From NCBI GenBank assembly GCA_963783575.1, contig CAWAOD010000017.1:1-13132 (forward strand): a DNA stretch of 13,132 bases, given 5' to 3'. The position numbers and the translations under genes are program-made. Below, piece after piece: positions 7,637-13,132 of this stretch. The notes beneath the pieces were generated by a model. That model saw only the letters and a program-made list of their open reading frames with translations. It ran no database searches and was not told the DNA's origin. The stretch's first letter is position 1. Every line of letters begins with the position of its first letter. This stretch comes from an uncultured Spirochaetota bacterium. GTDB taxonomy: Bacteria; Spirochaetota; Brevinematia; Brevinematales; JAOACQ01.

Positions 7637-8953
7637 ATGCCAACAGATAAAACTCAAGGCCAATCGGCTAAAGATAAGAAAATAGTGGAAGAAATTGAAA
7701 GAAAGCATGGGAAGACCCCGGCACAGCTCTTTGAGGAAAGGGATAAAAGAGTCCGGGACGCCATTGCCTTGAAGGAACCGGACAGAGTGCCGGTACTCCT
7801 GGGCGAAGGCGTGTTTGCGGCTAAGTATTCCGGACTACCGCTCTCGGCGATGTATTACGACCTGGCAGCTTTCCGTGACGCCTGTCGTAAAGCGTTCTGG
7901 ATTTCGAGCCGGACCTATGCCAGGCAGGCGTGGGCGGCAATTCCGGCAAACCCTGACACTTCTGGAAACACGTCACCAGCGCTGGCCGGGAGGAAACCTG
8001 CCCCCGAATATCCCCTATCAGTTCGTAGAAGGGGAATACATGAAGGTTGAGGAATACGACCTCTTCCTGAATGATCCCTCTGACTTTACCCTGAGATACT
8101 ATCTGCCGAGATTGTTCGGTGTATTGGCCCCGGTATCCAAACTTCCGCCCTTAAGGACACTTTCCAGCGGCGGGGTCCCTGCTATCGTCAGCCTGTTTGC
8201 TACCCCGGAATTCCGCAAATTGGGTGAAATATTGTATCACGCCGGTCAGGAGCAGGCTAAAGCGCTGCTGGCCGCGAAAGGAGCTGAAGAGGAAATGAAC
8301 CGCCTAGGATTCCCCACCATGAGGCTCGGTAGGGGCGTAGGCGCCTCCCCCTTCGATTCCATTGCGGATAATTTAAGGGGTATGCGCGGGGCCATGCTGG
8401 ATATGTACCGCTGCCCGGACAAGCTCCTGGCTGCCTGCGAAAAAATTTTGCAGTGGCGCATCGCCGGAGCCTACCCCGGCTGATACCCTGTATCCGGCAG
8501 GACCCGCCTGGTCTCACGTCCTCTCCATAAGGGCGCCGAAGGCTTCATGTCCCTGAAGCAGTTTGAAAAATTCTACTGGCCGACCTTAAAGGCCGCCGTT
8601 ATCAAGGATATTGAGCTGGGCTATACTCCCCGGCTGGGCTGGCAGGGGAAAGTGGACTCCCGCCTGGAGTATTTCCTGGAGCTCCCAAAGGGAAAGTCGT
8701 TTGCTGGTTTGAGCATACCGATATGACCAAGGCCAAGGCCGTGCTGGGCAATCACATCTGCATCGCCGGCAATGTCCCTGTTTCCCTGCTTTGCTGCGGC
8801 TCGGCCCAGGACGTCGATGAGTATTGTAAAAACCTGATCAAGGTCTGTGGCAAAGGCGGCGGCTTCATGCTTACCAGCGGCGGCGCTATGGATGACGCCA
8901 AGCCGAAGAATGTGCGGGCCATGGTCGAATCGGTCAAGAAGTATCGTCCTTAA
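7637..8953 (+). CDS. Uroporphyrinogen decarboxylase / methylcobalamin methyltransferase (URO-D/CIMS-like) superfamily protein; frameshifted
   Basis: Stitched: RVRDAIALKEPDRVPV...QFVEGEYMKVEEYDLFLNDPSDF...SPFDSIADNLRGMRGAMLDMYRCPDKLLAAC...PLHKGAEGFMSLKQFEKFYWPTLK...ELPKGK...TDMTKAKAVLGNHICIAGNVPVSLL...GGGFML...NVRAMVESVKKY. These are typical URO-D-family (PF01208) motifs. Not assignable as true hemE. Confidence 0.88.
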
Positions 8954-9065
8954 AGAGGTCTACTGGCAACATCTAATTTGGCTAGCAACTGAAGAATCCG
9001 GTCTTGTGCGAATTGCTGAGGGATTGGGCGCGCAAAGAGACCGCGGGAGAATTCGCAGAGGAGCT

Positions 9066-9776
9066 TCAAGAAGCGGCGATGAGCGGCGCCTTGCACATTA
9101 TCATCGAAGGCGACCATTGGCGCAAGAGTTGTAACAGGTCAGTTGGGTATTGAATAAGCGCCTTGGCGCCGCCCCCTAGCAGTTCTTCCGCAGTACGAAA
9201 GCCCCATAAGGCTCCGACCGCATACATATTAGCGGCGACTGCTGTTCGCATATCTGTAGCTGAATCACCCAGATAAAGGAATTCGCCGGGATCTATCTTC
9301 ATCCGCTTTGATATTAGAAGCGCTGCTGCAGGATCAGGTTTTAGCGGAATACCGGGCTGTTCTCCCCGGACAATGTCAAAATGCCAGCGCGGTATAAGTC
9401 TGAGGACCATCAGTTCTGCTGGCCTCTGGGGCTTATTGGAAAGGATGGCCATACGGGTCCCCGAAATAGTCAGAGCGTCCAGCAACTCCGGAATCCCTGG
9501 ATAAGGAAGAGTGTGTTCCGCCCATCTCCTGGAATACTCTGCTTCTATCTGAGAGGCTATTTTTTCCACGGTCGGTTGATCGCGGTGGTCCTCCGGGAGC
9601 GCTCGTAAAGCCAAGGTCCTGATCCCATGGCCGACAAAATAACGGAAAGCCTCGACTTCATGCCGGGGAAAACCTTCTCCGGCCAGGACGTAATTCGCCG
9701 AGTCGGCCAAATCCCGGAGGGTATTCAAGAGTGTCCCATCTAGATCAAATAGCACCGCCCTGTATATCACGCACAA
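9066..9776 (-). CDS. HAD-superfamily hydrolase (phosphoglycolate phosphatase-like, subfamily IA)
   Basis: Motif I FDLDGTL, motif II LSNK, motif III KPDP, motif IV YLGDSATD, and GALWGFR. Intact ORF; the exact start is uncertain (GTG a few codons in). Confidence 0.92.
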   Translation of the reverse strand: MCVIYRAVLFDLDGTLLNTLRDLADSANYVLAGEGFPRHEVEAFRYFVGHGIRTLALRALPEDHRDQPTVEKIASQIEAEYSRRWAEHTLPYPGIPELLDALTISGTRMAILSNKPQRPAELMVLRLIPRWHFDIVRGEQPGIPLKPDPAAALLISKRMKIDPGEFLYLGDSATDMRTAVAANMYAVGALWGFRTAEELLGGGAKALIQYPTDLLQLLRQWSPSMIMCKAPLIAAS

Positions 9777-9812
9777 TATCCTAACATATCTTTTACCCGC
9801 CGTCTAAGCTTC

Positions 9813-9884
9813 TCAGCCTCTTTCCACAACATCCTCAATTAATAATTGATGTTCCCAGCTATCATCAAAATCAGATTCATAGAG
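9813..9884 (-). pseudogene. Possible short relic of a plasmid pRiA4b ORF-3 family gene
   Basis: Translates as LYESDFDDSWEHQLLIEDVVERG*, resembling the YxYDFGDxWxH(x)IxxE signature. The flanks show no recognisable similarity. Confidence 0.3.
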
Positions 9885-9992
9885 TCCTGCGACACCAGAT
9901 GCAAGCGGCACAAAGTAATGTTTGCTGGGATGGCGGTGAATATCCTGCTTGCTATCAAATCCTTCTTATCTTCTTATTATGAATCCCTAGAG

Positions 9993-10301
9993 TTATACAA
10001 CTCGACTGAGACCCAAGAAATTTTCCGCCAGGCTTTTACGCTCCCATTCGCTCCAAGGAATGTCAGCAAACATCGGATGCATCCCTGCAGTAGCCTTCGT
10101 TGCATGCACCTTGGATTCCCAGAGAGATATGTTCACAATGCGGTCATTGTCTTTGTCCAGCCACGCACCAATATCAACCAGCCCTTCAAATTTGCGGGCT
10201 ACCTCTGATACTCTCCTGACGGCGGTCAGAATGTCATCAACATTCTGGGGTTTCGGGTACAATACTCGTATTGTCAAATATCTCTGGGTCTCAGACGCCA
10301 T
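9993..10301 (-). CDS. Antibiotic biosynthesis monooxygenase (ABM)-like dimeric alpha/beta-barrel protein
   Basis: ~102-aa intact ORF with YPKP...FEGL...IVNISLWESKVHA, the ABM-like pattern. The AAGGAGG RBS is suitably spaced from ATG 10301. Confidence 0.65.
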   Translation of the reverse strand: MASETQRYLTIRVLYPKPQNVDDILTAVRRVSEVARKFEGLVDIGAWLDKDNDRIVNISLWESKVHATKATAGMHPMFADIPWSEWERKSLAENFLGLSRVV

Positions 10302-10409
10302 TATCATCCCTCCTTTACGGAATCTTCAGTATCAGTCGTTAATCGCTTGGTACGCCAACATCCAAAAATCATTAAACATATTTGGTGGGCTAGGAGATTC
10401 CCAGGCGCG

Positions 10410-10565
10410 AGTCTTCGCCGACAGGCAGAACGATGTGCATGAGCTTGTTTTCGTCTTTCTTCGGGGATAGCCATACCTGGGACCGGCATGTCCTTAAACC
10501 GGGTAATAGAACTTAAAAGCCTCTTCCGCATTACCGGCAAAGTTCAGATAGGTGTTTAGTTTCAT
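10410..10565 (-). pseudogene. PhnB/VOC-family gene remnant with internal deletion and C-terminal truncation
   Basis: AAGGAGG RBS and ATG 10565: MKLNTYLNFAGNAEEAFKFY, then in another frame SSITRFKDMPVPGMAIP..., then ENKLMHIVLPVGED. The expected xxVFGGE segment and the whole C-terminal half are missing. Confidence 0.7.
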
Positions 10566-10578
10566 GGATGTTCCTCCT

Positions 10579-11027
10579 TTATTTCAATGATTTAGCTTTC
10601 TTATCATCCCACGGTTTTTTTATTTCTTGTCTCATAAATGGCTGCAGCATACTAACCCGATTGCCTTCCGTATCCATGTACGAGACGTACTGCCCAATAC
10701 CGGGAATCTCTATCGGATCTCCAAGGACCTTTCCGCCCGCGTCGCTGACTTTCCTCATCGCCTCCGTGATGTCATCAACTGCAATGACTACTGAGGGATA
10801 CTGGGCAGGCCAATCGGGTTTCCGAGGAAAGAAGCCGCCGTGATGGCTCCCGGGGTTTTTATCATCCTGTTCTCATCAGTTTCGGTCGTTGTAGCGGTTA
10901 CATAATCTCCCATCTCCTGGCCCTGCTTCTGCATCTGCCAACCAAAGGCCTGCGTGTAAAACCTTACCAGCCGGTCCGGGTCCTCATACGGCATTTCGAA
11001 ATGTACCACTGGATCCATCTTTGTCAT
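10579..11027 (-). CDS. VOC family protein (glyoxalase/bleomycin resistance-like); one frameshift near 10840
   Basis: MDPVVHFEMPYEDPDRLVRFYTQAFGW...PGAI/GGFFPRKPDWPAQYPSVVIAVDDITEAMRKVSDAGGKVLGDPIEIPGIGQYVSYMDTEGNRVSMLQP..., TAA 10579-10581. Confidence 0.88.
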
Positions 11028-11056
11028 TCTGCATTTCTCCTTTGCCTTCTTTTTAC

Positions 11057-11966
11057 CTAAACTCCCTTGTAGGCTTTCTTCAATTCGCCAATATCGAATT
11101 TCTTCATCTTCAGAAAAGCATTGGTCACACGTTCCACCCTTTCTTTATCCGGGTCTTGCAGCATCTCACTCAGAACCGTAGGGGCAACTTGCCAGGAAAC
11201 ACCGAACTTGTCCTTGAGCCAGCCGCAAACGCCTTCCTGCCCTCCATCTGCCGTGAGCTTCCCCCAGTAGTGGTCGATTTCTTTTTGGGTCCGGCATTCA
11301 ATCATAAGCGAAATAGCTTCGTTAAAGGTAAAATTATGCTCCCGGGCGCTGTCCATGGCCGCGAACTGCTGACCCTCCAGCGTGAAGCCGGCATGCCTTA
11401 CTGTTCCCTCTTTATCGGCTTCCTCGCCTTTGCCATAGCGCATAGTATGGTCAATGGCCGAATTGTGGAAGACAGTGGTGTAAAGATTGACCGCCTCTTC
11501 GGCTTTCCCGCACTGCTTACCGACAAACATAAGCGTCGGAGTGATCTTCTGTTTGACTTCGCGATCTCTCACGAACATGATCTGCCACGACAGACCGTAC
11601 TTGTCCTGGACCCATCCATATCTTTCGCTGAAGGGATAGTGCCAAGTTCCATCAGGGAGGACCGCCCCTAGACAGTTTCTCCCAAATGGCATCGACTTCA
11701 TCTTTATGCTTGCAGGCCACAAGAAATGAAATAGATGGATTGAATTTAAGATAGGGCCGCCGTTTAATCCCGATAAATCTCATCCCCTCAATCTCAAATT
11801 CAACGGTCATTACCGTGCCCTCCGGCAAGGCCGTGAATTTCAAAACCTGCTTTGCTCGCCCGGGTTATATTGCCAACTCTGGAATTCTGAAAATGGAAGC
11901 ATAGAAATTGGCCGCTTCTTCTGCCTGGCGGTCGAACCACAGACTCGGCGTTATTTTATGTTTCAT
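11057..11966 (-). CDS. Two-domain VOC/PhnB-like protein (3-demethylubiquinone-9 3-methyltransferase-like family); frameshifted
   Basis: AGGAG RBS and ATG 11966. MKHKITPSLWFDRQAEEAANFYASIF...VMTVEFEIEG...FNPSISFLV...YGWVQDKYGLSWQ, then a second repeat QKITPTLMF...AEEAVNLY...FTFNEAISL...CGWLKDKFGVSWQV...MKKFDIGELKKAYKGV (PF06983-like). Confidence 0.9.
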
Positions 11967-12071
11967 TGTTTTTCTCTCCTCGTATTACCTATATATCAAG
12001 CAGGGATACTCTATGTAACTAAAATACGATCAGGCAATTCAAGGCAGTCAGTTAGATTACAGATAGCAACC

Positions 12072-13005
12072 TCAATCATCGGTCTTCGTTAAAGATTGAT
12101 AATATAGATAATTGTCGCGTCCCAATTTCTTGACCACATACATGGCCGTATCAGCATGTTTTATGAGCGTTTCCAGATTTTCTCCGTCTTAGGATAGACT
12201 GCGATTCCAAGACTAACCGTAATCTTTTTGGTTAAGCCAGACACGTTAAATGGCTTCCTTAAAACACCAAGTATCCTTTGGGCAACCTCTTCGGCCGATT
12301 CTTTCAAGCCCATCTCGGGGATTAAAACGGAAAATTCATCGCCTCCCATGCGACATATAGATCGGTCTGGCGTAGAATACCTGCGAGCCGGCAACCAACT
12401 CCTTTCAATATTTGGTCACCTGCTTCATGTCCCAGGTTGTCATTAATGTCTTTGAAATTATCCAGGTCAAGCATCATTAGAGTTGTTTTTTGTTTATAAC
12501 GATTGCTTGCGGCTATGGCCATATTAAACCTATCACTGAACAATGTGCGGTTAGGTAAACCGGTGAGAGAATCATGATAAGCCAATTTCTTGATGGTATC
12601 TTCCGCTCTTTTGCGTTCGATAGCATAGCGTAAAGATCGCACTAATAAATTGCCGTCAGTTTGCCCTTTGATGAGGTAATCTTGAGCCCCTTCCCGTATT
12701 GCTTTGCGCGAGTCCTCTTCATCTTCGAAACCCGAATAAATTACCACAGGGATATCCGGTACTTGATGATTTAAGTTGAGGAAAGTTTCAACGCCCAGGC
12801 TATCCGGCAAATTAAGATCTAATAATATAACGTCCACTCTTGCCTCAATAGCACTCTGGATCCCTGCTGACAGAGTGTCGGCGGAGTTAACATGAAAACG
12901 GGTGTAGCTGGTCTTTTCCAACATACGTTTCGTTAGTATCAGATCTGAAGGGTTATCTTCAATTATGAGAACCTCAGTAGGTTTTCCAGACTTTTGAACA
13001 TCCAT
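12072..13005 (-). CDS. Response regulator receiver - diguanylate cyclase (REC-GGDEF); frameshifted
   Basis: REC: VLIIEDN, ILLDLNLPD, GAQDYLIK. Linker LAYHDSLTGLPNR. GGDEF domain: LDLDNFKDIND, GHEAGD, RQTD (RxxD I-site) just before RMGGDEF, ITVSLGIAVYP, ADTAMY. TGA stop at 12072-12074. Confidence 0.92.
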
Positions 13006-13132
13006 CAGATGCCTCGATGCTCCTCATTTGGGGTCTGCGCAATAGAACGATAACCTTTGGGTGACATGAGTCAGTCATATTAAATTACAAATAAAACAAG
13101 CATGATTACTTAACTATATTATAACTCACCTC

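Noticed and set aside
7637..8953. Assigning the symbol hemE or mtaA
   Set aside because: Only superfamily-level motifs are visible, the HxC zinc motif is absent, and there are no tetrapyrrole or corrinoid genes in the window.
10304..10540. 78-aa ORF as a standalone gene
   Set aside because: It is a chimera of out-of-frame sequence and a short piece of the PhnB-like pseudogene.
9846..11671. Plus-strand ORFs 9846..10208, 10060..10470, 10568..10843 and 11021..11671
   Set aside because: Antisense to the ABM-like and VOC genes, with no independent support.
1..13132. Genome-wide TGA reassignment (genetic code 4 or 25)
   Set aside because: TGA terminates the GGDEF gene at a natural C-terminus and Trp is encoded by TGG throughout. 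Readthrough TGAs occur only in the two UxxC motifs.
1..13132. tRNA (including tRNA-Sec), rRNA, CRISPR array or riboswitch
   Set aside because: No cloverleaf, repeat-spacer periodicity or recognisable riboswitch consensus seen by eye in the intergenic regions. An Infernal/Rfam scan would be needed to exclude them fully.

Overview
Bacterial accessory/metabolic region. Gene content suggests an anaerobe, possibly Dehalococcoidia/Chloroflexota (inference only). Most long genes are broken by single-base indels, many in homopolymers, which looks like unpolished long-read sequence, so I stitched genes across frames by eye. Main finding: a minus-strand cluster (7304->909) encoding a family-5 lipoprotein solute-binding protein, selenoprotein B (GD-U-GTC), a beta-hydroxyacid-dehydrogenase-like oxidoreductase, selenoprotein A (GD-U-GAC) and a CGGC Cys-rich protein. 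The two paralogous ~520-560 aa proteins each have an in-frame TGA in a UxxC motif (UGSC-like) followed by a SECIS-like hairpin, and the ORF track misses both. The cluster is transcribed divergently from a UroD/methyltransferase-superfamily gene across an intergenic region with recognisable promoters and candidate operators. Also present: a C-terminal remnant of a large serine recombinase, a HAD phosphatase, an ABM-like protein, three VOC/PhnB-family genes (one a probable genuine deletion pseudogene) and a REC-GGDEF diguanylate cyclase.
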